Part shown: positions 25,811-35,717 of the stretch, piece by piece
How the letters are laid out: every line of letters starts with the position of its first letter
Numbering within the stretch: position 1 is the stretch's first letter
From: an uncultured Bacteroidales bacterium
GTDB lineage: Bacteria > Bacteroidota > Bacteroidia > Bacteroidales > JADFUO01
Reading direction: 5' to 3'
Assembly (NCBI GenBank): GCA_964599115.1
Contig: CAZREZ010000002.1
Coordinates: forward strand, 1-39,662
DNA: 39,662 bases
Program-made: the position numbers and the translations under genes
Notes under the pieces: model-generated
What the model saw: only the letters and a program-made list of their open reading frames with translations
What the model was told of the DNA's origin: nothing
Databases searched by the model: none

Positions 25811-27361
25811 TCATATTTTTATCTCATCATTATTTTTATCAAAAAAATGACATTCAAGGAAGTGATAAGAAGGCATTGAGCGTATCTTAATCCATTTTTT
25901 AAATTTAAAAAACCATTTTATCTGGATTGAAAATAAACCTTTGGTAAGGTAGGCATATAAATACGGATGCAGCGACAGAGTAAGTTGAGGTTCATTTTGG
26001 TCGTGGAGCAGATATTTAATATTTTTTTCAATTTCGTCGGTAAAAATTATGCTTGGTTTTATTTTACCTGAACCATCACAAACCGGACATTTTTCAAGAA
26101 TTTCAATATTCATTTCCGGGCGGACTCTTTGGCGTGTTATTTGTACAAGCCCAAATTTACTTGGAGGCAAAACAGTATGTTTGGCATGGTCTTTTGCCAT
26201 TTCATCTTTAATTTTCTGAAAGAGTGCTTTGCGATTTTTTGCTTCATGCATATCAATAAAATCAACAACTATAATACCGCCCATATCACGCAACCGAAGT
26301 TGTCGGGCTATTTCTATGGCTGCTTCAAGGTTAACTTCCAGAGCGTTAGTTTCCTGGCTGTTTTCTTTGTTAATTTTGTGTCCGCTGTTAACGTCAATCA
26401 CATGCATGGCTTCGGTATGTTCAATAACCAAATAAATACCGCTTTTTATGGTTACGGTTTTACCGAATGAACTTTTTATTTGCTTATCAATACCGTAAAA
26501 TTCAAAAATTGGTTTTTTGCCTTTGTATAATTTGACTATATCAATTTTTTGAGGTGCAAACGTTCCAATGTAGCTTTTAATATCTTCGTAAAGAACAGGA
26601 TTATCAACGTAAATATTATTAAAAGATTCGTTAAGAAGATCCCTGAGTAAAGTTGTTGTAAGGTCAAGTTCGCTGAAAATTTTTTGAAGCGCTTTTGCTG
26701 AAGCAAGTTTCTTGGTCAAATTATTCCATTTTTCTATCAGGTCTTTCATATCTGTATCCAAATCAGCAACACGTATGTTTTCAGCAACCGTACGAATAAT
26801 TACTCCGAAATTGTTAGGCTTGATACTTTGAATTAGTCTTTTTAAACGACTTCTTTCCTCAATACTTTTGATTTTTTGTGAGATAGAAATTCTGTTAGAA
26901 AACGGAACGAGTACAAGAAATCTTCCTGCAAAAGATAATTCTGAGGAGATTCTAGGTCCTTTTGTTGAAATTGGTTCCTTGGCTATTTGGACTAAAATTT
27001 GCTGATTAGTGTTCAGAACCTGGGAAATTTTCCCGGTTTTCTCAATATTACTTTCAAGTTTGAATTTTTCAAGTGAAAATTGTCCGGCTCCTGATGATTG
27101 TATAATTTTGGTGAATTTGTCTGAAGATTTTATCTGTGGGCCAAGGTCAAAATAATGTAAAAATGCATCTTTTTTATAACCAATATTTACAAAAGCAGCG
27201 TTAAGCCCTGGTATGATTTTTTTTACTCTTCCCAGATAAACATCACCTACAGAATAGTTATTATTATTTTTCTCTTTGTGTAATTCAACAAGGAATTTAT
27301 CCTCTAACAGAGCTATATCAATTTCAGTAGAACTTGAATTTATTATTAATTCCTTATCCAC
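25811..27361 (-). CDS. rng: Ribonuclease E/G family protein (RNase G)
   Basis: It has an S1 domain (VGDVYLGRVKKIIPGLNAAFVNIG), catalytic-core motifs HVIDVNSG and GGIIVVDFIDM, and a Zn-link-like motif CPVCDGSG. Confidence 0.9.
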   Translation of the reverse strand: MDKELIINSSSTEIDIALLEDKFLVELHKEKNNNNYSVGDVYLGRVKKIIPGLNAAFVNIGYKKDAFLHYFDLGPQIKSSDKFTKIIQSSGAGQFSLEKFKLESNIEKTGKISQVLNTNQQILVQIAKEPISTKGPRISSELSFAGRFLVLVPFSNRISISQKIKSIEERSRLKRLIQSIKPNNFGVIIRTVAENIRVADLDTDMKDLIEKWNNLTKKLASAKALQKIFSELDLTTTLLRDLLNESFNNIYVDNPVLYEDIKSYIGTFAPQKIDIVKLYKGKKPIFEFYGIDKQIKSSFGKTVTIKSGIYLVIEHTEAMHVIDVNSGHKINKENSQETNALEVNLEAAIEIARQLRLRDMGGIIVVDFIDMHEAKNRKALFQKIKDEMAKDHAKHTVLPPSKFGLVQITRQRVRPEMNIEILEKCPVCDGSGKIKPSIIFTDEIEKNIKYLLHDQNEPQLTLSLHPYLYAYLTKGLFSIQIKWFFKFKKWIKIRSMPSYHFLECHFFDKNNDEIKI

Positions 27362-27512
27362 AATAAAATATTTTAGATAAATATATGAACACTGATCAAC
27401 TCAGTGGTAATTAGATAAACAGGGAAGAAATATATAATTTGTAAGGAATAAAACATTATCACATAATACCTTAACACATTATATGATAATGCTGTAAAAT
27501 AAAAATTAATTT

Positions 27513-27602
27513 TTATTTCTTTTTATGTCTGTTTTTTCTTAAGCGTTTTTTACGCTTATGTGTCGACATCTTATGTCGTTTTCTTTTTTTCCCGCTAGGC
27601 AT
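27513..27602 (-). CDS. Very basic 29-aa micro-ORF, bS22-like (AURKAIP1/COX24-type) small ribosomal-protein candidate
   Basis: The minus-strand ORF reads MPSGKKRKRHKMSTHKRKKRLRKNRHKKK then TAA. It is too short for the supplied ORF track. The sequence pattern matches the small Lys/Arg-rich protein commonly encoded in Bacteroidota (recalled from memory, not searched). Confidence 0.6.
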   Translation of the reverse strand: MPSGKKRKRHKMSTHKRKKRLRKNRHKKK

Positions 27603-27624
27603 AACTCAGATAAAAAAATTAGTA

Positions 27625-27909
27625 CTATTTTACGTTAGATTTAACTTCGTTAACAAATGATTTAGCAGGTTTAAAAGAAGGAATATTATGAGCAGGAATA
27701 ATAATAGTAGTGTTTTTTGAAATATTTCTTCCCGTTTTTTCAGCTCTTTTTTTAATGATAAAACTGCCAAAGCCTCTTAAATAAACATTTTCACCATTAA
27801 TCATGGATTTTTTTACAGTTTCCATTAAAGTTTCAACTGTAGATTGAACAGCAACTTTTTCAATTCCTGTTTTATTAGCAATTTCTGCTACAATTTCTGC
27901 TTTTGTCAT
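27625..27909 (-). CDS. hup: HU-family nucleoid-associated DNA-binding protein
   Basis: The sequence MTKAEIVAEIANKTGIEKVAVQSTVETLMETV...LRGFGSFIIKKRAEKTGRNISKNTTIIIPAHNIPSFKP is a typical HU fold. The gene ends in TAG. Confidence 0.92.
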   Translation of the reverse strand: MTKAEIVAEIANKTGIEKVAVQSTVETLMETVKKSMINGENVYLRGFGSFIIKKRAEKTGRNISKNTTIIIPAHNIPSFKPAKSFVNEVKSNVK

Positions 27910-28139
27910 ATCTTTTATATTTTAATAGTTTGATAATAAATTTATTAAATAGGGCTGCAAAGATAATATTTTTTTAATTTAATGCTAAAATAATAATATT
28001 TTTTTATTTTATTATTAAAACATTCCATTTTTTTCATCCCGATGTTTTGGAACTTGATTCCGTATTAGTATAACTGGTATTCAGTTTGAAGCCGCTAACC
28101 GGCTTTTATATTTCAATTCAATTAGGATTTAAGAACTTT

Positions 28140-29678
28140 CTAAAGTGGAATATTCCCATGTTTTTTTGGTGGGTTGGATTTGCTTTTGTTCCGGGTCATT
28201 TCCAATGCTTGAATGAGTTTATATCGTGTTTGTTTAGGGTAAATTATTTCATCAATATAACCGAGTTCAGCAGCTCTATAAGGATTTGCAAATGTATTTT
28301 TATAATCATCAACAGCTTTTTTCTTGTCTTCATCCGATAAAGCATTTCTAAAGATAATATTTACAGCTCCCTCAGATCCCATCACTGCAATTTCAGCAGT
28401 TGGATATGCAAAGTTAACATCAGCACCAATATGTTTACTTGACATCACGTCGTAGGCACCTCCATATGCCTTACGTGTAATTAAAGTTATTTTAGGCACA
28501 GTTGCTTCACAGAAAGCAAACAACAGTTTTGCACCATGTTTGATTATCCCGCCAAATTCCTGAGCAGTACCGGGTAAGAAACCCGGAACATCTTCAAAAG
28601 TTATAATAGGTATATTGAATGCATCGCAAAATCTAACAAATCTTGCACCCTTGATTGAAGAATTTATATCAAGAACACCTGCAAGAATAGCCGGCTGGTT
28701 TGCAACTATTCCAACGGACCTTCCGCCTAATCGTGCAAAACCAACAACAATATTTTGAGCATAATGTGGCTGAACTTCAAAGAAATTAAAATCATCAACA
28801 ACTGTTGTGATGATCTCTTTTATATCATAAGGTTTGTTGGGGTCAACAGGAACTATGGTTTGCAGTTTTTCATCTTCTCTTTTAATGTCGTCGGTACAAG
28901 GTTTAACAGGAGGATCTTCCAGATTGTTTGATGGAATGAAACTCAATAATTCTCTTATCATCATCATGGCTTGCTCATCATTTTCGGCAGTAAAATGGGC
29001 TACGCCACTTTTTGAATTATGGGTCATTGCACCTCCTAGGTCTTCTTTTGTAACTTCCTCATGGGTAACGGTTTTAATTACATCGGGTCCGGTAACAAAC
29101 ATATAACTTGACTTTTTTACCATTAATATGAAATCGGTAATAGCAGGGGAGTAAACTGCACCACCTGCACAGGGACCTAAAATTGCCGAGATTTGCGGAA
29201 TTACACCTGATGCCATAGTATTGCGGTAAAATATATCGGCATATCCGGCTAAGCTTTCAACCCCTTCCTGTATCCGTGCTCCACCCGAATCATTTAAGCC
29301 GATAACCGGAGCACCCATTTTCATTGCCAAGTCCATGATTTTTACTACTTTGTCGGAGTTGGCACGGCTAAGTGTTCCACCGAATACCGTAAAATCCTGT
29401 GCAAAAATATATACTAATCTGCCGTCAATCTTTCCGTACCCTGTAACTACACCGTCGCCTAATATTTTATTTTTATCCATTCCGAAATCGGTAGCCCTGT
29501 GCGTAACAAGTTTGTCAAGTTCAACAAAAGTTTCCGGATCAAGTAAAAGATATATTCTCTCTCGTGATGTTAATCTGCCTGCTTTATGTTGCCTGTCAAT
29601 TCTTTCCTTACCGCCTCCAAGTTCAGCAATTTTGTTTTTTAACTCAAATTGTTTGAATTTTTCTTCTAAAGATGACAT
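28140..29678 (-). CDS. Acyl-CoA carboxylase carboxyltransferase subunit (propionyl-CoA carboxylase beta / methylmalonyl-CoA decarboxylase alpha-like)
   Basis: Carboxyl-transferase motifs are present: [32 protein letters not shown] and [11 protein letters not shown]. The protein is 512 aa and the gene ends in TAG. Confidence 0.9.
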   Translation of the reverse strand: MSSLEEKFKQFELKNKIAELGGGKERIDRQHKAGRLTSRERIYLLLDPETFVELDKLVTHRATDFGMDKNKILGDGVVTGYGKIDGRLVYIFAQDFTVFGGTLSRANSDKVVKIMDLAMKMGAPVIGLNDSGGARIQEGVESLAGYADIFYRNTMASGVIPQISAILGPCAGGAVYSPAITDFILMVKKSSYMFVTGPDVIKTVTHEEVTKEDLGGAMTHNSKSGVAHFTAENDEQAMMMIRELLSFIPSNNLEDPPVKPCTDDIKREDEKLQTIVPVDPNKPYDIKEIITTVVDDFNFFEVQPHYAQNIVVGFARLGGRSVGIVANQPAILAGVLDINSSIKGARFVRFCDAFNIPIITFEDVPGFLPGTAQEFGGIIKHGAKLLFAFCEATVPKITLITRKAYGGAYDVMSSKHIGADVNFAYPTAEIAVMGSEGAVNIIFRNALSDEDKKKAVDDYKNTFANPYRAAELGYIDEIIYPKQTRYKLIQALEMTRNKSKSNPPKKHGNIPL

Positions 29679-29709
29679 TTTTTTGGTTTTAGTTTTTTGT
29701 CAAATATTT

Positions 29710-30216
29710 TTATTCAATTATTATTAATGGTTGATGTCCATCAATTATATCGCCTTCCTTTACTAAAATATCTTTTATCAACCTGTTTTTTTTGACTTTA
29801 TATTCACTTTCCATTTTCATTGCAGAAACAATAATAACGGTTTCGCCGGCTTTTACTTTATCGCCAACCTTAACAAGGATTTTTACCACCTTGCCGGGCA
29901 TTGGTGAGGAAATTGTTTTCTTTTCGGCTGAATCATCTTTTTTTCTGTTTTTCAGATATTTGCTTTCAGCATCAACAATTTCAACATCAAAAGATTCATA
30001 TAATGTGTTTACTATGTATTTTTTACTTGAGTTATTTTCAATAAGTTCAATATTATATGATATACCATTGTGAATAATTGAATAAACACCGTTTTCAACC
30101 ATTACAATATCCACATCGTATTTTTTACCGTCAACAGCAATTTTAACTTTATTTCCTTTCCTGTTCAGTAACTCAACATTTGCTGCTCTATCGTTTAAAT
30201 TAACTTCAAATGACAT
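29710..30216 (-). CDS. Biotin carboxyl carrier protein (biotin/lipoyl attachment domain)
   Basis: The C-terminal region reads PMPGKVVKILVKVGDKVKAGETVIIVSAMKMESEY, which contains the biotinyl-lysine AMKM motif. Confidence 0.88.
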   Translation of the reverse strand: MSFEVNLNDRAANVELLNRKGNKVKIAVDGKKYDVDIVMVENGVYSIIHNGISYNIELIENNSSKKYIVNTLYESFDVEIVDAESKYLKNRKKDDSAEKKTISSPMPGKVVKILVKVGDKVKAGETVIIVSAMKMESEYKVKKNRLIKDILVKEGDIIDGHQPLIIIE

Positions 30217-30247
30217 GTGTGTGTTTTTTGCGTTAAAATATTCCTAA

Positions 30248-31756
30248 TTATAGTCTAATCACGCCTTTTTTTCTTCCAAAATCCTTCCAGTTATTGCAGA
30301 GTTTAAGCGACTCTTTTTCGGGTTGCAGTTTTTCAATTTTTGTGATATAATCAATAAATGCTGTAATAATTGCAATGTCCTGAAATTTACCTACACTTTT
30401 TTTCTTTGACATCAGGTATTTCCTGTTTTGTTCAATAAAATGAGTATTATATTTTCCTGTTTCAAAATCCTGACAGTCTAATATTTTTTCAAGAAATTTT
30501 ATAGTTGTTTTAACACCTGTAATTTTATAATTATATAAAGCTCTTTTTAATCTTGCGATTGCTTCTTCTCTTGTTTTAGCCCAGACTATCAATTTTGAAA
30601 TCAAAGGATCGTAATACATCGGGATTTCATATCCTTCGTAAACATATCCGTCAATACGTACTCCAAGTCCGAATGGTTCTGTTATATGTTTGATTTTTCC
30701 AGGACTCGGCATAAAATCTTTATCAGGATCCTCGGCATAAATACGGCATTCTATGGAATGTCCGTTCTGTTTTAAATCATTTTGTTTGTATTTCAGTTTT
30801 TCTCCGTTAGCTATTTTAATTTGTTCTTTTACAAGGTCAATACCAACAACACGTTCGGTTATAGGATGTTCAACCTGAAGGCGGGTATTCATTTCAAGGA
30901 AATAATAATTCAGGTCATCATCAACAATAAATTCAATAGTTCCTGCCCCTTCGTAATTAACTGCTTTAGCGGCGGCAACTGCATGATTACCCATTTCATT
31001 CCTGATTTTTTCATTCATCAGGGGAGAAGGAGTTTCTTCAATTACTTTCTGATGGCGTCGTTGAACTGAACATTCACGTTCAAAAAGATGTATGACATTT
31101 CCATGTCTGTCGGCTAAAATCTGAAATTCAATATGGTGTGGCGAATCAATATATTTTTCAATGTAAACCGTGTCATTACCGAATGAAGCTTTAGCTTCGG
31201 ATTTTGCAGCTCTGATTGCACTTGAAACATCGGAAATTTTTCTAACCAACCTCATACCTTTGCCTCCACCACCTGCAGAAGCTTTGATCATAACAGGTAA
31301 TCCAATATCAGTTATTATTTTTACGGCTGATTTAATATCCTTTATTTTTTCGGTTGTACCCGGAATAACCGGTATATCTACCTTGATCATTGTTTTGCGG
31401 GCGGTAATTTTGTCGCCCATTGTATTTATGGCAAATGCCGAAGGACCGATAAAAATAATTCCTTCATCCTTACACCTGTTAGAAAATTCTGCATTTTCTG
31501 ATAAAAAACCATAACCAGGATGAATTGCATCAGCTTTGGATTTTTTTGCTATCTGTAAGATTTTGTCAATAACTAAGTAGCTTTCGTTGGAAGGTGAAGG
31601 ACCTATACAATATGCTTCATCAGCATATCTGACATGCATAGAAGTACGATCAGCTTCAGAAAAAACAGCAACGGTTTTAATGCCGAGTTCCCTGCATGAT
31701 CTCATTACCCTGACTGCTATCTCACCCCTGTTGGCTATAAGAACTTTTTTAATCAT
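30248..31756 (-). CDS. accC: Biotin carboxylase (ATP-grasp) subunit of acetyl/propionyl-CoA carboxylase
   Basis: Motifs include MIKKVLIANRGEIAVRV, KASAGGGGKGMRLV, EMNTRLQVEHPITE and the biotin carboxylase C-domain. Confidence 0.92.
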   Translation of the reverse strand: MIKKVLIANRGEIAVRVMRSCRELGIKTVAVFSEADRTSMHVRYADEAYCIGPSPSNESYLVIDKILQIAKKSKADAIHPGYGFLSENAEFSNRCKDEGIIFIGPSAFAINTMGDKITARKTMIKVDIPVIPGTTEKIKDIKSAVKIITDIGLPVMIKASAGGGGKGMRLVRKISDVSSAIRAAKSEAKASFGNDTVYIEKYIDSPHHIEFQILADRHGNVIHLFERECSVQRRHQKVIEETPSPLMNEKIRNEMGNHAVAAAKAVNYEGAGTIEFIVDDDLNYYFLEMNTRLQVEHPITERVVGIDLVKEQIKIANGEKLKYKQNDLKQNGHSIECRIYAEDPDKDFMPSPGKIKHITEPFGLGVRIDGYVYEGYEIPMYYDPLISKLIVWAKTREEAIARLKRALYNYKITGVKTTIKFLEKILDCQDFETGKYNTHFIEQNRKYLMSKKKSVGKFQDIAIITAFIDYITKIEKLQPEKESLKLCNNWKDFGRKKGVIRL

Positions 31757-32056
31757 TCTATAATTTTATCATACTTTTGCCTATTAATTAAAAAATATTA
31801 TATTCCCTTTTATACTGAAACGCATACATACGTACTAACTTCGTGTCGTAAACTTAACAAACACCAAATTAACTAACTATTTGCTATTAAATTAAGTGTA
31901 CACCTGTCTTTTTGCATTATCGTTCAGTGTCATTTTAAAATAATCAATTATCTTAAATTCAGGTAATTTTTTTGAACTGTAAATATAATATTTTTTTCAA
32001 ACTACAAGTAATTTGGGAAATTTATTAAAATGCTAAGTTTATAGTCAGACACTTAG

Positions 32057-32130
32057 CGACCCCGGAAGGACTCGAACCCTCAACCCTCTGATCCGAAGTC
32101 AGATGCTCTGTCCAGTTGAGCTACGGGGCC
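32057..32130 (-). tRNA. tRNA-Arg (anticodon UCG)
   Basis: The minus-strand sequence is GGCCCCGTAGCTCAACTGGACAGAGCATCTGACTTCGGATCAGAGGGTTGAGGGTTCGAGTCCTTCCGGGGTCG. It folds as a cloverleaf with a 7-bp acceptor stem (one G-U pair), a GCTC/GAGC D-stem, a TCTGA/TCAGA anticodon stem, the loop C-T-TCG-G-A, and a GAGGG/CCTTC T-stem with a TTCGAGT loop. The CCA end is not encoded. Confidence 0.93.
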
Positions 32131-32251
32131 GTTTTTGAAAATATTAAATTTTTATGCAAATGTAATAATTCATTTATGAACAATGATATTGATAAAAAAT
32201 AATTAATTTTGACAATTATTATTATTATTGAATTTTTTTAAAAAAAATATT

Positions 32252-33331
32252 ATGACAGAAAAAGTATTAAATAAAGTTGCTCCCGGAGTTGTTACCGGGA
32301 ACGGTGTTCAGGAAATTTTTAGAATTGCAAAGGAAAACAAATTTGCATTACCTGCAGTAAATGTAGTTGGAACAGACTCAATTAATGCTGTTTTAGAGGC
32401 AGCAAAAGTTGTAAATTCACCTGTGATAATACAGTTTTCAAGTGGCGGCGCTGTTTTTTATGCAGGAAAATCTTTATCAAATGATAAGCAGAAAGCAGCC
32501 ATTGTCGGTGCTGTATCAGGAGCTCAGCATATTCACGAGATTGCGGAATTATATGGTGTTCCTGTAATGATCCATACTGACCATGCAGCAAAAAAATTAT
32601 TGCCATGGATTGATGGTTTACTAAATATTGGCGAAAAACATTTTAAAAAATATGGTAAGCCTCTTTACAGTTCTCACATGCTGGATTTATCCGAAGAACC
32701 AATAGAAGAGAATGTTGAAATATGTAAAAAGTATCTTGAGCGAATGAGCAAAATTGATATGACCCTTGAAATTGAATTGGGTATTACAGGTGGTGAAGAA
32801 GATGGTGTTGACCATACAGATATTGACAGTTCAAGACTATACACTCAACCCGAAGAAGTTGCTTATGCTTATGAACAATTAAGCAGCATCAGTAATAAGT
32901 TTACTATTGCTGCAGCTTTTGGAAATGTCCATGGTGTTTATAAACCGGGTAATGTAAAATTAGAACCCGTTATTCTTCGTAATTCACAAAAATACATACA
33001 GGAAAAATTCAATACCGGTCCAAATCCGGTAAACTTTGTTTTTCATGGTGGCTCAGGTTCTTCCCAGGAAAAAATCAGAGAAGCGATTTCTTATGGAGTA
33101 ATAAAAATGAATATTGATACTGACACCCAGTGGGCTTTCTGGGAAGGTGTTAAGGATTATTATTCAAAGTATAAGGATTATCTACAGGGACAAATCGGTA
33201 ATCCTGATGGTGAAGATAAACCGAATAAAAAATATTACGACCCAAGAAAATGGCTGCGTGAAGGAGAAATTTCTATTGTTAAGAGATTAATAATTGCTTT
33301 TGAAGATTTGAATGCCATGAATAGGGATTAA
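32252..33331 (+). CDS. fba: Class II fructose-1,6-bisphosphate aldolase
   Basis: Motifs include LPAVNVVGTDSINAVLEAA, HTDHAAKK, AAFGNVHGVYKPGNV and FVFHGGSGS. ATG 32252 (MTEKVLNK) is preferred over the TTG at 32228 used by the track. Confidence 0.92.
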   Translation: MTEKVLNKVAPGVVTGNGVQEIFRIAKENKFALPAVNVVGTDSINAVLEAAKVVNSPVIIQFSSGGAVFYAGKSLSNDKQKAAIVGAVSGAQHIHEIAELYGVPVMIHTDHAAKKLLPWIDGLLNIGEKHFKKYGKPLYSSHMLDLSEEPIEENVEICKKYLERMSKIDMTLEIELGITGGEEDGVDHTDIDSSRLYTQPEEVAYAYEQLSSISNKFTIAAAFGNVHGVYKPGNVKLEPVILRNSQKYIQEKFNTGPNPVNFVFHGGSGSSQEKIREAISYGVIKMNIDTDTQWAFWEGVKDYYSKYKDYLQGQIGNPDGEDKPNKKYYDPRKWLREGEISIVKRLIIAFEDLNAMNRD

Positions 33332-33348
33332 AGACAGAACAAAAAAAT

Positions 33349-33388
33349 AAAACCCTCAATAAATCAGAAATATTGAGGGTTTTTTATT
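33349..33388. terminator. Bidirectional rho-independent terminator between fba (+) and the USP gene (-)
   Basis: A perfect 13-bp stem pairs aaaaccctcaata (33349..33361) with tattgagggtttt (33371..33383), with a 9-nt loop. It is flanked by an A-run on the left and a T-run on the right, so either strand gives a hairpin followed by a U-tract. Confidence 0.8.
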
Positions 33389-33414
33389 TATAGTTACTAA
33401 ATTTATCTTGATAA

Positions 33415-34251
33415 TTAAATAGACATTTGCTTTGGATGAATGCTTAATACAGGAATTGGTGAATGATTAACCATTTGTGCTGCATAAGGTCCTAACCAAA
33501 GATTAGCAGTAGTTTTTTCCTGTTCTGTCATTATCGAAATTAAGTTTGCATCAATTTTTTCGGCATATTGTATAGTGGTATTTGTAAGATTATCTGTACG
33601 AATACTATCCAAATGATATTTAATACCCTCTTTTTCAAGGTGTTCGGTAATTTGATTAGCATAGTGATCCACCCTGCTTTGTACGGCTTTTATATTAGTT
33701 GTATAAAGAGCAAGTATGTAGATTTCGGCATTAAATAATTTTGCAAGTATGGATGTAAAGGATGCTTTTTGGCGGGTTTCCAGACTACTATCAATAGGCA
33801 TGACAATTTTACTGAGTTTACGGTCAATATCTATACCTCCCCTGATTGTAATAACCGGTAGTTTAGATGCTGAAACTATTTTATTGGCATTGCTCCCTGC
33901 CCAAAATTTCTCAAAACCCGAAGTTCCGTGTGTTCCTGTAACTATCAAAAAAGCACCGCTTTCTTCTGATTCTTTAACGATTTCTTTATAAATTTTTCCT
34001 TCTCTGATTTTGTATTCCAGTTTTCCATTCTTAAATCCGATCTTATACTTCTTAATTAGTTCCTCAAACCGTTTTTTAACTTCTTCTAATAGATTTTCAG
34101 GCAAAATTGAAAAAATATCTTTTGTGTTGTCGGGTTTTTTAGCCCAAACCATTAAGATGTCAGCTTTTGCTTTATCAGCAATTGTAATGGCATGTTCCAA
34201 TGCATTGATTGAACAATCAGAAAAATCAATTGCAACGATAATTTTATTCAT
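33415..34251 (-). CDS. Universal stress protein with tandem Usp domains (278 aa)
   Basis: The sequence shows MNKIIVAIDFSDCSINALEHA..., GTHGTSGFEKFWAGSNANKIV, a second Usp repeat, and PVLSIHP. Confidence 0.85.
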   Translation of the reverse strand: MNKIIVAIDFSDCSINALEHAITIADKAKADILMVWAKKPDNTKDIFSILPENLLEEVKKRFEELIKKYKIGFKNGKLEYKIREGKIYKEIVKESEESGAFLIVTGTHGTSGFEKFWAGSNANKIVSASKLPVITIRGGIDIDRKLSKIVMPIDSSLETRQKASFTSILAKLFNAEIYILALYTTNIKAVQSRVDHYANQITEHLEKEGIKYHLDSIRTDNLTNTTIQYAEKIDANLISIMTEQEKTTANLWLGPYAAQMVNHSPIPVLSIHPKQMSI

Positions 34252-34278
34252 AGCTTAGTAGTTTAAATTTTTATAAAG

Positions 34279-34713
34279 TTAATATAATTTTGGGAAATTA
34301 ATATCGTCTTTAATGATCCATGCATTAGGATATCTGAAAATTATTTTTCTCAGAAATCCTTCCGCTTCTAATTTAGTTCTGAAATCGCCTACTCTCACTC
34401 TGTAATATGGTTCTCTGAACGAAATATAAGTTTCAATATTGTGATATCTTTTGGAAAAAGCTTCTATGATCTCAGTTGCATTATTTTTAGAATTATTGCC
34501 AGAGTCAAAAAATATCTGAATACGATAACCTTTAATTCCATTATGATTTTCTTTTGTAATAAGGTATTCATTAATTGAGATATGCTTTTGAATCAAAGTA
34601 TCTATTCTTAGGTCCTGAATTATTTCTATGTTTCCGGCAACATTATTTTGTGCTATGGAAAAAAAAATAATATTCGTAAAAAAAATTATGAATAAAATAT
34701 TTATTGGTTTCAT
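34279..34713 (-). CDS. SPOR-domain protein with an N-terminal signal/anchor (144 aa)
   Basis: The N-terminus is hydrophobic (INILFIIFFTNIIFFSIA). The C-terminus carries a SPOR-like beta-alpha-beta repeat (GYRIQIFFDSGNN...AFSKRY...YYRVRVGDFRTKLEAEGFLRKI). Confidence 0.7.
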   Translation of the reverse strand: MKPINILFIIFFTNIIFFSIAQNNVAGNIEIIQDLRIDTLIQKHISINEYLITKENHNGIKGYRIQIFFDSGNNSKNNATEIIEAFSKRYHNIETYISFREPYYRVRVGDFRTKLEAEGFLRKIIFRYPNAWIIKDDINFPKLY

Positions 34714-34727
34714 TTTGTAATATCTTT

Positions 34728-35573
34728 TTAATTACTAATAATTTTTTGAGCACGAATGCTTAGAATCGGAATAGGTGAATGACTGACCATTTTTTCTGCT
34801 AAAGGACCAAGAAAAATATTTGCAGTGGTTGATTCCTGTTCTGTCATAATTGCTATTAAATCAATATTTTGTTTTTCAGCATAATCTAATGCTGTTTTGG
34901 TAATATTATCAGTTTTTATTCTTTCCAGAACATATTTTAATTTTTTGTCTTCAAAATGCTTAATAGCATTGATTGCAGAACTATCGATTTTACGTTGAAC
35001 TGATTTTAATGATGTTGAATAAAGAAGTAAAACATGTATTTCAGCATTAAAATAACTTGCTAGGTCGGCAGTAAAAGGAAATTTTTGTTTTGATTCAAGT
35101 GTGTTATCAATAGGGAATAAGATTTTTTTAATTGAATTAAAAAATTTAAATTCGTTTCGTAGAGTAATTACAGGACACGGAGAATAGGTGACAATTCTAT
35201 AAGCATTACTTCCTATCCAGTATTTTTCAAATCCAGAAACACCATGTGTGCCTGCTATAATCAAATAAGCATTATCTTGTTTTACCTGATTTGCAATTTC
35301 GTGATAAACCTTGCCTTTTCTAAGTTTATATTTTAATTTTCCGGGCATTAAATTTTTCTTATATTTTTTTAACAGATTTTCAAAGTGTTTTTTAACTTCA
35401 ATACTGTTTTGGTTTACAATAGACGCAGGTGAAAAAACGGTTTCTGGGGTAATAAAATTGTTTACCCAAACCATGCTGATATTTGCATTGATCTTTTTTG
35501 CAATGTTTATAGCATATTCAAGGGCATGTATAGAACTTTTTGAAAAATCAATAGCAACAACTATTTCTTTCAT
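34728..35573 (-). CDS. Universal stress protein with tandem Usp domains (281 aa), paralog of 33415..34251
   Basis: The sequence shows MKEIVVAIDFSKSSIHALEYA..., GTHGVSGFEKYWIGSNAYRIV and PILSIRA. It is collinear with the other USP gene along its whole length. Confidence 0.85.
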   Translation of the reverse strand: MKEIVVAIDFSKSSIHALEYAINIAKKINANISMVWVNNFITPETVFSPASIVNQNSIEVKKHFENLLKKYKKNLMPGKLKYKLRKGKVYHEIANQVKQDNAYLIIAGTHGVSGFEKYWIGSNAYRIVTYSPCPVITLRNEFKFFNSIKKILFPIDNTLESKQKFPFTADLASYFNAEIHVLLLYSTSLKSVQRKIDSSAINAIKHFEDKKLKYVLERIKTDNITKTALDYAEKQNIDLIAIMTEQESTTANIFLGPLAEKMVSHSPIPILSIRAQKIISN

Positions 35574-35683
35574 TTTTAATGAGTTTTATGAAGAACTTTT
35601 GACATAGCTAAAGTAAAAAAAAAACAGAAACAAAATAAATATTTTTTATAATTAATAATTTTATCAGTTACTTTGTTTTTTAC

Positions 35684-35691
35684 TACCTTTG
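35684..35691 (+). promoter_or_regulatory. Bacteroidota-type -7 box (TAnnTTTG) upstream of ruvB
   Basis: The sequence TACCTTTG lies 27 nt upstream of ATG 35718. No clear -33 TTTG is present at the expected spacing. Confidence 0.3.
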
Positions 35692-35717
35692 TTTAGAAGA
35701 TTTAAAAAATATAAAAG

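Noticed and set aside
27963-28007. The 14-nt direct repeat ataatattttttta (27963 and 27993) upstream of hup.
   Set aside because: It is pure A/T low-complexity sequence in a promoter region, so chance recurrence is likely.
28089-28105. The hairpin aagccg-ctaac-cggctt downstream of the carboxyltransferase stop, considered as a terminator.
   Set aside because: The stem is only 6 bp. The T-run follows it on the + strand, where no gene is being terminated. The minus-strand transcript would lack a U-tract.
28086-29727. + strand ORFs at 28086..28340, 28834..29106 and 29335..29727 opposite the carboxyltransferase gene.
   Set aside because: They are antisense shadows within a conserved carboxyl-transferase gene and have no independent support.
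32057-32130. The single tRNA in the window as a possible suppressor tRNA linked to the in-frame stops.
   Set aside because: The anticodon loop reads C-T-TCG-G-A, giving anticodon UCG (Arg, codon CGA). It is a standard elongator cloverleaf, not CUA or UUA.
32228-32251. The TTG-initiated N-terminal extension of fba (MNFFKKNI) used in the ORF track.
   Set aside because: The ATG at 32252 gives the canonical aldolase N-terminus (MTEKVLNK...). The extension is an AT-rich upstream sequence.
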